From contig DASCPX010000019.1 of assembly GCA_036012755.1 (NCBI GenBank), positions 1 through 64,000 of the forward strand: a stretch of DNA of 64,000 bases, written 5' to 3'. The notes beneath the pieces were generated by a model. The model did not search any database. It was given only the letters and a program-made list of their open reading frames with translations, and was not told the origin of the DNA. Source of the stretch: Myxococcota bacterium (lineage in GTDB: Bacteria > Myxococcota_A > UBA796 > CAJQPC01). This document shows, piece by piece, positions 55,383-64,000 of this stretch. The position numbers and the translations under genes are program-made. The stretch's first letter is position 1. The number at the start of each line of letters is the position of its first letter.

Positions 55383-57983
55383 CTAGAGGCCCTCCTCGTC
55401 GTCGTCGAGATCGTCCTCTGGGAGGTCGTCGAGGTCGTCCTCGGGCAGCTCCTCGCGGTCGAGATCCTCGTAGAGGCCCCCTTCGGTCTCGGCGGCTTCG
55501 TCTCGCAGATCGGCCTCGTCTTCTTCCTCCGGGACCTCGCCGATCGTGGTGGTGCCGCCAGAGCCGTCGGAGATCTTGGTCCGGTACATCGAGGGCTCGT
55601 CGATGACGTTCATCGAGCCGGCGAGCAGGTCGTTGAGCTCCTGGAGCTGCTCCACCTCGGTCTTGCCGTAGAAGCGACGCAGGAACTCCTCTCGCTGCGC
55701 GACCTTGACCCGGTAGACCTCCTCCAGGTCCGCGGGCGTGCTGATGACGTGGGGGGTGAGGAAGATCAGCAGGTTCGTCTTGCGGGAGACCTTGCGCTTG
55801 CCGCGGAAGATCACGCCCACCAGCGGAAGGTCGCCGAGCACCGGGACCTTGGACTCGACCTCTGTGTCGGTGGCGCCCATCAGGCCGCCGATGACGATGG
55901 TCTGGTTGTCCTTGACCAGCACCGTGGTCTCGGCGGACCGCTTGGAGGTGATGAAGCCGGCGCTCGTGACATCGAGGCCCTGGCTGTCCTCCTCGATCTC
56001 CGTCACCTCCTGGAAGAGCTCCAGCGTGACGTAGTCGGACTCGTTGATCTGGGGTGTCACCTTCAGGGTGATGGCGACGTCTTCGCGCGAGTAGCTGACG
56101 ATGGGGTTGTTGTTGGAGTCGCGGCCCTGGCTCGTCGGGAAGGGGATGTTGCGTCCGACGACGATCTTGGCCTCCTCGTTGTCCAGGGTCAGCACGTTCG
56201 GGGTGCTGAGGATGTTCACAGAGGAGTTCGCCTGCATGGCGGACAGGACGATCCCGAAGGCCGGCACCGGGACCTCCTGCCCGTCCACGGACACGTTGAT
56301 CGAGTCACCAAAGACCCCCATCGCCAGGCCGGTGAGGACATCGGAGGACAGCCCCAGGCTGCTGGTGCCGAGCTGCAGGGAGCCGAAACCGAAGGCGCTG
56401 TCGCCGGGCTTGCCGCTGTGCAGGCCCACGCCGACGTCGAGGGTGTCCTCGCTGGCGAGCTCCATGATGACGACCTCGACGAAGACCTGCTTCCGCCGGA
56501 TGTCGAGCTGGGCGATCACATCTTCGATGATCTCGAAGGCCTCTGGCGAGGCGACGATGACCAGGGAGTTCGTGCTCTCGTCGGCCGTGACCCGCACGCC
56601 GTCGTCCAACAGCGCGGTGGCGCTGCCCGAGCTCTCGGAGCTGGTCTCCGGCTCACGGGAGTCCCGACCGGGGAGGCTTCGCCGGGAGCTCGAGGAGGAC
56701 GTGCGCGTGCTGCGGGAGTTCCGGCTGGAGGTGGAGCTGGTGTCCTGGGAGAGGTTCGACAGCACCTGGGCGATGTCTTCCGCGTTGGCGTGCTCGAGGT
56801 ACTTCACGTGGATCTGGGCCCGAGAGCGGGGATCGACGTCCTTGTCCAGCTCGTCGATGAGCCCCAGGACGGCCTCCATCGCCTCGCTGTTGGCCATGAT
56901 GATGAGCTTGTTGCTGCGCTCGTCGGCGACGATCTTCTCGATGTACTTGCCCTCCTTTCCGACTGTGGAGGAGGAGGCGCTGGAGGCGGTGTCGGCGGAC
57001 TTGTCCTTCGAACGGCGGCGGCGGCGGCGAGAGGAGCTGGACTCGGAGCTGCTGCTGCTCGTGGTGGTGCTGGTGGTGCTCTCCTCCGAGCCGTAGATCT
57101 GCTCGATCAGCGTCTTGATCTCGGTGGCCTCGGCGTGCTCGATCTGCACGATCTCGAGCTCGGCTCTTGGAGCGGCGACGTCCAGCTGGGAGACGACCTT
57201 CCACATTCGCCGGATGTTCACCGCCGAGTCCGTCACGATGAGCGTGTTCGTCGGTGCGTAGGCGAGGATCTTGGCCTGGCCACCGCCAAGGTCCTTCGCG
57301 ACCGTGGAGATGTCGCCGACCGAGACGTTGTCCAGCTGGAAGATCTGCGTGACGAAGGTGTCCGAGTAGGGGATCGAGTCGCCCTCGTAGACCTTCAGCG
57401 GGTGCTGGCTGGCCTTGCTCGTGGCCACGATCTTGTAGGAGTCACCGACCTGGACGGTGGTGTAGCCGCTCACCTCCAGCGCGCTCTCGAAGGCGGCGTA
57501 GGCAGACCAGAAGGGAACTTCCTTGTGGGAGATGATGGTGACCTTGCCGCTGAGCTCGTCACCCAGGATGAAGTTCCGGCAGCTGATCTCGGCGAAGTAC
57601 TTGACGACGTCGTTGATGTCCTGCTCGACGAAGTCGATCTTGAAGCGCGCGGTCGGGTCCTCGTTCGCGCAGGGGGGCTTGTTCCGGTCCGCGCCAGAGA
57701 AGGCCGGGGAGTAGGCTGTGTCCTCCTCTTCTTCCTCGACGACGGCGTCATCGATGGGCTCGAGTGGCTCGAGCTCCTCGTCCTCGTCGAGCTCTTCGAG
57801 TCCGGGCGGGCGAATCGGCCCGTCCAGTCCGCGCAGCCCGGGACCGGGCATGGGGCGGATCGTAGGAGGGGCGATGCGCGGGGGGTCGTCGTCGTCCGCG
57901 GCGTGGGCCGCACCCAGCGGCAGGACAAGCGCCAGGAGACACAACGACGACAGCTGCTTCAGCGTGTTCAAAATCTGCTCCAA
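55383..57983 (-). CDS. gspD: T2SS secretin D
   Basis: N-domains; QVFVE, G.NIP and VP.LGDLP..G.IF motifs. Confidence 0.96.
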   Translation of the reverse strand: MEQILNTLKQLSSLCLLALVLPLGAAHAADDDDPPRIAPPTIRPMPGPGLRGLDGPIRPPGLEELDEDEELEPLEPIDDAVVEEEEEDTAYSPAFSGADRNKPPCANEDPTARFKIDFVEQDINDVVKYFAEISCRNFILGDELSGKVTIISHKEVPFWSAYAAFESALEVSGYTTVQVGDSYKIVATSKASQHPLKVYEGDSIPYSDTFVTQIFQLDNVSVGDISTVAKDLGGGQAKILAYAPTNTLIVTDSAVNIRRMWKVVSQLDVAAPRAELEIVQIEHAEATEIKTLIEQIYGSEESTTSTTTSSSSSESSSSRRRRRRSKDKSADTASSASSSTVGKEGKYIEKIVADERSNKLIIMANSEAMEAVLGLIDELDKDVDPRSRAQIHVKYLEHANAEDIAQVLSNLSQDTSSTSSRNSRSTRTSSSSSRRSLPGRDSREPETSSESSGSATALLDDGVRVTADESTNSLVIVASPEAFEIIEDVIAQLDIRRKQVFVEVVIMELASEDTLDVGVGLHSGKPGDSAFGFGSLQLGTSSLGLSSDVLTGLAMGVFGDSINVSVDGQEVPVPAFGIVLSAMQANSSVNILSTPNVLTLDNEEAKIVVGRNIPFPTSQGRDSNNNPIVSYSREDVAITLKVTPQINESDYVTLELFQEVTEIEEDSQGLDVTSAGFITSKRSAETTVLVKDNQTIVIGGLMGATDTEVESKVPVLGDLPLVGVIFRGKRKVSRKTNLLIFLTPHVISTPADLEEVYRVKVAQREEFLRRFYGKTEVEQLQELNDLLAGSMNVIDEPSMYRTKISDGSGGTTTIGEVPEEEDEADLRDEAAETEGGLYEDLDREELPEDDLDDLPEDDLDDDEEGL

Positions 57984-57984
57984 C

Positions 57985-58890
57985 TCAGCGAATCTCGTAC
58001 TCGAACGTCGAGCGCTGGTTTCGCCGCGTGACGTCGAATGAGAACGAGCTCTCGTTCTGAAGGGTCTGGTAGGCGGAGAAGGCGCCGTCGGTCGAGGTCA
58101 AGGCCATGCCGTTGACCGCGTGGACGACGTCCCCGTTCTTGATGCCCAGCTTGTCGAAGAGGCTGCCGCGGCGGATGGCGCTCAGGCGGTAGCCGTCGAT
58201 CTCGCCGTCGGAGCCCTTGTGGGGCACGACGCGGATCTTCGAGGCCAGGCTGTCGATGTTGTTCATCGCGTCGTCCACGACGCTGCGCTCGACGATGATC
58301 TTCTCGCCGTCCTTGGTGATGCCGTCTTCCTCGTCCGAGTCCGTCTTCTTGCTCGGGCGGGTGGAGCGCTTCGGCGCCTCCTCCTCCATCGCGAGGTACT
58401 CGATCTCGCCGTCCTTTCGGCGCAGCTTCACCTGCTTCTGCTCGATGCCGATGATCTCGGCCTCGTCCAGCAGCCAGTCGCCGAGGCCGTAGCCGAGCGC
58501 GTGGGCGTCGCGGCCGTCCTCGGCGATGAGCGCCGAGCTGTAGACCTCTGGCTCGGCGACGAGGGTGGCCAGCAGCACGACGCGGAGGTCGGTCTGACCG
58601 CCGACATCCTCGTCCACGTCGACATCGAGCTTCGTCGAGTCGAAGATGTTCCGCTCGAGGATGGCGCGGCTGTAGCTGCTGACTGGCCGGGGGCCGAAGC
58701 TGCGACCGCTGGCCGAGCCAGCGTCAGATGGCCCCGCGGCGATCCCGGCCAACGTCGGAAGCACAGCGTCTTCGGGCAGCTCGAGGTACTTGCCGAGGAC
58801 CTTGTTGCCGGAGAACGCGAGCAAGAAGGCCAACACGGCGAGCACCGCTGCGCCGCCCCAGACGCGCTTCGATGTGAGGATCTCTCGCAT
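57985..58890 (-). CDS. gspC: T2SS protein C (PDZ-containing)
   Basis: TM segment, RNIF motif, HR domain and PDZ (LGIKNGD....VNG). Confidence 0.9.
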   Translation of the reverse strand: MREILTSKRVWGGAAVLAVLAFLLAFSGNKVLGKYLELPEDAVLPTLAGIAAGPSDAGSASGRSFGPRPVSSYSRAILERNIFDSTKLDVDVDEDVGGQTDLRVVLLATLVAEPEVYSSALIAEDGRDAHALGYGLGDWLLDEAEIIGIEQKQVKLRRKDGEIEYLAMEEEAPKRSTRPSKKTDSDEEDGITKDGEKIIVERSVVDDAMNNIDSLASKIRVVPHKGSDGEIDGYRLSAIRRGSLFDKLGIKNGDVVHAVNGMALTSTDGAFSAYQTLQNESSFSFDVTRRNQRSTFEYEIR

Positions 58891-58926
58891 CCAAATCCCA
58901 GATGAGGGGGTCCAAGCGCCTTCTAA

Positions 58927-58943
58927 TGCAACGGACGTGCCAA
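58927..58943 (-). promoter_or_regulatory. Sigma-54 (-24/-12) promoter of the gsp operon
   Basis: Minus strand reads TTGGCACG-TCCG-TTGCA, 36 nt upstream of the gspC ATG. Confidence 0.85.
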
Positions 58944-58983
58944 GGCTCAGCAGGCCTCAGCGGCCGATCCGAGCACACCGGGG

Positions 58984-59036
58984 GACACCGTGTCAGGGGC
59001 CCCCGATGGCCGCATCTCCAGGCTGACAATCTGTCA
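58984..59036. promoter_or_regulatory. Two palindromic GACA-N3-TGTC sites (candidate enhancer)
   Basis: GACACCGTGTC (58984-58994) and TGACAATCTGTCA (59024-59036), 41 bp apart. Confidence 0.55.
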
Positions 59037-59056
59037 CGGTGCTACCCCAGGGGCCA

Positions 59057-59906
59057 TCAGAGCCGCCTCGCCAGCTCCAGGGCCGCGCCGATGGCGTCAC
59101 CCAGCTCGCGGCGCAGATCCCGGTCCGCGCGCAGCACCACCTGCTTCGCGTTCAGCTCACTGCCCTTGTGGGCGTGGACCACCGCCAACAGCGCCGCGAC
59201 GCGATCCTCGTCCGAGAGGAGCTCCTCGAGCACCTCGCGCGGGCCATGGCAGGTGAGCAGCATGTCGGCGAGGGGGTTTGTCGTCGGCTCCGCGGCTCCG
59301 AGTTCGGCGTGGACGACCTGCACGCCGGGCAGCGCCCCACGGTGGTCCACCCGGACCAGGCTGCGGCCCTCTTCCAGCCCGACCGTCGTGTCGAGCCCGA
59401 GCTGCTACCTGCGCCACCGGACAAGCCGTGGAGCCCATCTCCACGTGGCCATCCCGACGCGAGGCCTGGAGGCCGAAGGCGCCGCTGTTGTCGAAGGCGG
59501 GGAGTCCGAGATCGACCTCGCCCATGAGGCCGTGGCTGTTGTGGCCCCGGCAGACGAGTCGATAGCCACCCTCGACCTCCTTCACGGACAGCGCATCGAT
59601 GCCGAGGGAGCCCGGGTGGAGCTCGAGCCCGGCTGGCAGACGCTCGGGCATCCGCAGGTGCAACCAGAACAGCACGAAGCGGGATCCCGGGCGCTCGAGG
59701 ATACGCAGCTCGAGCCCACGCCCGTCCAGCTCCCCCGCCCACTCCGTCGTGCAGAAGTCCGCGTTCGCGCGAGCCCCGACCCCCTCCAGACCGAGGGGCG
59801 CGAGCTCTTCTGCCCAGCCGCTGCCCTCCCTTGCAGGACGCCGCCTGTGGCGGAGCAGCCTCCAAGCGCCGAGCCCGCCCGCCGCGACGAGGAGGGGGCC
59901 CACCAC
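59057..59906 (-). pseudogene. Disrupted paralog of the 61-64 kb membrane-anchored family
   Basis: N-terminal part, HGLSGG segment and C-terminal NPLADMLL...LLAVVH...GS part lie in three different frames. Confidence 0.65.
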
Positions 59907-59928
59907 CCGGCGAGTATAGGCTCACGGT

Positions 59929-61188
59929 GTGAGGGCCCTCTCTCTCTGGCTCCTGGCGGTCCTGGTCCATGCGGCCTGGGCGCTCACCGTACCGACCCCT
60001 GTCGACTGGGACCCGGCGTACTACAGCGCCGTGGCCGGCCACATCCTCGCCGGGGACGGCGCCGTGACCGGCTCGGCGGTCTTCCTGAGCCAGCTGCCCG
60101 AGTCCCTCCCGGCGGTGGCCGACCTCCACTGGGCTCCCCTGCCCTCGCGGGTGCTGTTGCCCGGCCTCGCTCTCTGGACACACGGCGATCAGCTCGTCAC
60201 CGTCTGCATCCTCGCGACATGGGCGCCCCTGGCGTGGGCCATCGCGCGGGAGCTGGGCGCCGGTCCTCGGACCGCCCTGTGGGCGGGAGTGATGGCGGCT
60301 AGCGGCCTGGGCTACGCGCGCATGGGGGCCTCTCCGGACAGCATCGCGCTGGCCGGGGCCCTCGGTGGAGTGGCGCTCCTGGCGCTGCTGAGGGATCGCT
60401 GGGGGGTCCTCGCCCTGGCAGCCGTCGGCCTGGTGCTCACCCGCGGCGACGGCTTCCTTGTCGGCCTGGTCTTCGCGGCCTTCGTCCGCCGTCGGAGCGC
60501 CGGGGTGGTCGTCGCCATCGCCACCGTGGGGGCGCTCGGGGCGTGGGCGATGCGCTGCCAGGCCTTCGGCGGGTCCGAGTGGGTCGAGGCCCGCCAGGGC
60601 TTGATGGCCGCGGCGGACTATGGCGCCTGGCTGCGGGACGAGCCCGCCACCACGACCGCCAGGCCCCTGACGCGCCTGCCGATGATCTACGGCCTGGCCT
60701 TCGCCGCGCTGGTCCCCCTGCTCGCGGCGGTGGGCTTCCGTCGCCGGGCAGCGCCGCTGTTCATACTCGCCCTGGTCCTGCCGCTGTCCACGGCCCTGTT
60801 GGCGCCAGCGCTCGCCGAGTCCGGCACCCTCTACCGCTCGGGCGCGATCCTCGTCTCCGGCGCCTGCGCGCTGGCCAGCCTCGGCATCGAGCGGCTCGCG
60901 AGGCTCCGAGACCTGGACCTCCGCTTCGCCTACGGGGTGCTCGGCGGCGGGGTCCTGCTGACCTCGGTGGCCCTCGGCGCCCGCAACGTGACCCTGAAAC
61001 CGTCGCTCGAAGTGGCCTGCCCCGAGCTCCCCGACGAGGTCGTCTTCTCCGACGAGCCGCTGCTGCTCGAGCTGCGCTGCGGAGCCTCGGCGGTCTGGCT
61101 GCCAGCGGGGCTCTCCACGGAAAAGCGCGAAGAGGTGCGCAAGCGCTACGCCATCACGCGCGTAGTCCGTGTACACGGAGGCAGCTGA
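59929..61188 (+). CDS. Polytopic membrane protein (GT-C/ArnT-like)
   Basis: DWDPAYY..VA in the first loop; W.PL and TRGDG motifs; about 10 TM segments. Confidence 0.72.
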   Translation: MRALSLWLLAVLVHAAWALTVPTPVDWDPAYYSAVAGHILAGDGAVTGSAVFLSQLPESLPAVADLHWAPLPSRVLLPGLALWTHGDQLVTVCILATWAPLAWAIARELGAGPRTALWAGVMAASGLGYARMGASPDSIALAGALGGVALLALLRDRWGVLALAAVGLVLTRGDGFLVGLVFAAFVRRRSAGVVVAIATVGALGAWAMRCQAFGGSEWVEARQGLMAAADYGAWLRDEPATTTARPLTRLPMIYGLAFAALVPLLAAVGFRRRAAPLFILALVLPLSTALLAPALAESGTLYRSGAILVSGACALASLGIERLARLRDLDLRFAYGVLGGGVLLTSVALGARNVTLKPSLEVACPELPDEVVFSDEPLLLELRCGASAVWLPAGLSTEKREEVRKRYAITRVVRVHGGS

Positions 61189-62219
61189 TGGAAGAGTCGC
61201 TCGTCGGTCTCGCGATGCTGGCGTTCTACGGCCTCCTTGCCGCTGCCCCGATCGGGATCGCCGTCGTGCACCACCAGCGCCTCATGCGCAGGCTCGGCGA
61301 GGTCGGCGAGGGTGCCTCCTTGGCCAGGATCGGCCACACGCCGCCCTGGCAGACCCACGGCAAGGGCTGCACCTGGGTGGGAGCAGGGCTCGACCGCGAG
61401 GTGCGCGCTGAGCTCCGAATGGACCCGAAGCGCCGGATCTACGCGAAGCTGCAGGTCCAGCGACGCCGCCCGCTGACTCCGGAGCTGGCGCTCGACTCGG
61501 AGACCTACCCCTGCCTCCGGCAGTTCGGCTTCCGCAGCGTCGTGCTCAGGCCCGACAAGGGGGACCTGTGGCGCCTCGCCTTCGTCGGCGGGGACCGCTT
61601 CTCCCTGCTCGGGGGCCTGAACCGCTGGGACCCCTCCCGCGACAAGGGCGCCGTGCCCAAGGAGACCGGGAACGAGGTCCAGGTCCGGCTGTCTCCGGGG
61701 TGGCTGGAGCTCGGCTACCGGGGGGTCACGCCCGATCGGATGGAGCGCCTCGTCGCGGCCCAGGCGGCCCTGGTCGATGCCCTCGAGGCCGAAGAGGACC
61801 GCCCCTGGCGCGAGGTCGTCGAGCGCTACGGCCTGGCCCGCACCGGCGACGAGCTGCGCGGCGAGATCGAGGGCCGGGACATCGAGGTCTCCTGCGTTCG
61901 CGGAAGCGCCATCATCTCGGTCCCGTGCGATACCCCACTGGTGGCCGCGCACAAGGACTGCATCGATGGCACCCGGCAGCTCGCGAACCCTGTACTCGGC
62001 ATGCTGATCGGCGTACGAGGTCCCCCTGAGCTGGACATCGACGACCTCCTCGACGACGAGGAGGTCGTCGGGCACCTGCTCGCGGTCGTGCACGCCTGGC
62101 CCGGGAGCCGCGTCGAGTCGGGCAGGATCAGGCTCACCGCCCCCAAGAGGATCCGCCTGGAGCTCGCCGACTGCATCGAGCACGTCGTCAGCCTGGCCAG
62201 GATGCTGGAGGACCGATGA
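61188..62219 (+). CDS. Membrane-anchored hypothetical protein, paralog 1
   Basis: TGATG coupling; N-terminal TM segment. Confidence 0.8.
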   Translation: MEESLVGLAMLAFYGLLAAAPIGIAVVHHQRLMRRLGEVGEGASLARIGHTPPWQTHGKGCTWVGAGLDREVRAELRMDPKRRIYAKLQVQRRRPLTPELALDSETYPCLRQFGFRSVVLRPDKGDLWRLAFVGGDRFSLLGGLNRWDPSRDKGAVPKETGNEVQVRLSPGWLELGYRGVTPDRMERLVAAQAALVDALEAEEDRPWREVVERYGLARTGDELRGEIEGRDIEVSCVRGSAIISVPCDTPLVAAHKDCIDGTRQLANPVLGMLIGVRGPPELDIDDLLDDEEVVGHLLAVVHAWPGSRVESGRIRLTAPKRIRLELADCIEHVVSLARMLEDR

Positions 62220-63148
62220 TCGACGGCATCTTCGTGGGCGTCGTGGTCGGCGCCTTGGTCATGCTGACCCCGACCATCCTGATCCTCACGCTCCGGCCGC
62301 CCCAGCCGAGGCTGGACGGGCTGACTCCGGAGGGGAGGCGCATCTTCCACGGCAGGGCCGGACGGCGTCACCGCGCCAAGGCCGAGGGGCGGCGCTTCCG
62401 GGTCTACACACGCACGGCGATGCAGGACCTCTACGCCTGCGTCGCGGTCCCCCTGGCCCACGAGCCGGAGGGCACCCTGCGCCTGGGGCCGGTCGAGGCC
62501 TTCGGCTTCACCTCGGTCACCCTGACCGACGGGACCTTGACCTACACCGGCAGCGACCGCAGGCGGCTCCTTCACGACCCGCTGAACCAGCACCCGGCGC
62601 TGGACGACGGTCCCAGGCCGGATGGCGACGGGAGGCGGGTCCACCACCAGCTCGCCGACGGGCACCTGATGCTGGGCTTCCGCCAGGTGACCGACGAGCG
62701 CCTGCCGGGCATCTTGCGGGCAATGGCCGCGCTGGCAGACACCATCGAAGCGGAGCTCCAGCGACCCTGGGTGGAGCTCTGCGACCGCTACGGACTCAGC
62801 GGCGGGCGGGGACTGGTACAGGGTCGGATCGAGGGGTGCGAGGTGATCGTCGAGCCAGGCCTGGCACGCCTCCGCCACGGCCTGGAGCTGCCAGCCGGCT
62901 TCTCCCTCGGTCACAAGGACCGCGTTGATGGTCAGCCCCTGGGAAACGCCGTGGTCGACCTCTGCCTGAGGGTGGTCGCGGCAGGCGACTTCCGTCTCGA
63001 CAACGACCAGGTCGAGCCCCTGCTGGAGGTCCTCCACGGCAGACCCGGGAGCATGCTGCAGGAGGAGACCCTGTCCGTGGTGGTGGACGACGAGGACCTC
63101 GCGGGCGGAGTGCGAGCAGCCCTGGCCCTGGTCTCCGCGCTGAGATGA
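62216..63148 (+). CDS. Membrane-anchored hypothetical protein, paralog 2
   Basis: ATGA overlap; N-terminal TM; shares family motifs. Confidence 0.8.
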   Translation: MIDGIFVGVVVGALVMLTPTILILTLRPPQPRLDGLTPEGRRIFHGRAGRRHRAKAEGRRFRVYTRTAMQDLYACVAVPLAHEPEGTLRLGPVEAFGFTSVTLTDGTLTYTGSDRRRLLHDPLNQHPALDDGPRPDGDGRRVHHQLADGHLMLGFRQVTDERLPGILRAMAALADTIEAELQRPWVELCDRYGLSGGRGLVQGRIEGCEVIVEPGLARLRHGLELPAGFSLGHKDRVDGQPLGNAVVDLCLRVVAAGDFRLDNDQVEPLLEVLHGRPGSMLQEETLSVVVDDEDLAGGVRAALALVSALR

Positions 63149-64000
63149 TCGCCGGGCTCGTCGGGCTCGTCGGACTGCTGGCCACCTTCGGCCTGCACCA
63201 GGGCCGGCTCCAGCGGGCCAGGGAGCGGCTCCCCGAGCACGTCACCGACTTCCAGGTCCGCCACACGCGCAACACCGACGGTGGCGTGGCGCGCATCTTC
63301 GACGGCCTCCACGGTGGGCGCCGAGTCCACCTGCGGTGCTGGCAGCCCCTCAAGGGCGACCGGACATGGAGGATACCGATGGAGCTGCGGCGGGAGCTGC
63401 CCGACGGCGTCTCGCTCGGTGCCGGCCCGGCGCTGGCGGTCTGGGGGCTGACCTCGGTCCAGCTGCGGCTGGACGACGGCGCTTGGGGTCGCTTCATCTG
63501 TACGGGAGACAATCCTCGTCGGCTGCTCTCTGCGCTGTTGGCCGACCCTCCCGCAGCGGCCGTGCCGACCGGTCGCGAGCGCTTCGTGGTCGCCGCGCAC
63601 ATCGACGAGGGCATGCTCACCATCGGCCTACGAGGCGCGGACGAGCTGCTCGTGCTTGCCTGGCTCCCCGAGTGGGAGACCCTGCTGTCGGAGCTGGAGC
63701 GCGTCGTCGAGGGCCCCTTCCGCGAGACCGCAGAGCGCACCGGGCTCCGCCTCGTCCTGAGCGAGGGACCGTGGCCACAGCTGAAGGGATGGGTCGACGG
63801 GATCAACGTCGGCGTGGTCATCGACGATGACCTCGACACGCGCATCACGGCGGCCTTCCACAACGAGGAGCTGGCCGAGGACCTGCTGATCCTGCACCAG
63901 GACCGCCTCGTCGGGGACGTGGACCTCGACGATCCCGTGCTCTCCATGCTCGTCGCCGCCCGATGCTCCACTCCCGACACCCTGCGAGCGCTGTCGAGGG
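63145..64000 (+). CDS. Membrane-anchored hypothetical protein, paralog 3 (3'-partial)
   Basis: ATGA overlap; MIAGLVGLVGLLATFGL start; open to the window end; HQD...LDDPVLSML motif. Confidence 0.78.
   Translation, partial: MIAGLVGLVGLLATFGLHQGRLQRARERLPEHVTDFQVRHTRNTDGGVARIFDGLHGGRRVHLRCWQPLKGDRTWRIPMELRRELPDGVSLGAGPALAVWGLTSVQLRLDDGAWGRFICTGDNPRRLLSALLADPPAAAVPTGRERFVVAAHIDEGMLTIGLRGADELLVLAWLPEWETLLSELERVVEGPFRETAERTGLRLVLSEGPWPQLKGWVDGINVGVVIDDDLDTRITAAFHNEELAEDLLILHQDRLVGDVDLDDPVLSMLVAARCSTPDTLRALSR

Overview
High-GC bacterial window. The gene content (FG-GAP/Cys-Asp lipoproteins, REC-J-TPR protein, PilM-like GspL) suggests a Myxococcota-like organism; this is inference. It holds about 60 densely packed, often translationally coupled CDSs. 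These include a complete minus-strand type II secretion operon (gspC-D-E-F-G-[31-aa ORF]-H-I-J-K-L-M-N) behind a consensus sigma-54 promoter, and an mltD-moeA-mobA-mog-like-mrp-moaA-envelope operon. Also present are thiE, a pabB-like gene, an acyl-CoA ligase and dehydrogenase, an M16 pair, an Eis-like acetyltransferase, YceI, an M23 peptidase and many small lipoproteins. Main observations: (1) ultra-short, uncharged signal peptides (Cys at residue 8-12) on many exported proteins; (2) a dispersed ~205-bp hairpin-rich element in 3 copies, with terminal inverted repeats, sitting on TAG stop codons; one copy abuts a 6-unit repeat array and a decayed HNH-nuclease gene; (3) three or more other MITE-like elements; (4) a tandem family of 4 paralogous single-pass membrane proteins; (5) several apparent pseudo-enzymes (M16 without HXXEH, Mrp without CPxC, enhancer-binding protein without GAFTGA) and deletion-scarred pseudogenes. 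I found no rRNA, tRNA or CRISPR array. All family assignments come from motif recognition by eye, not database searches.
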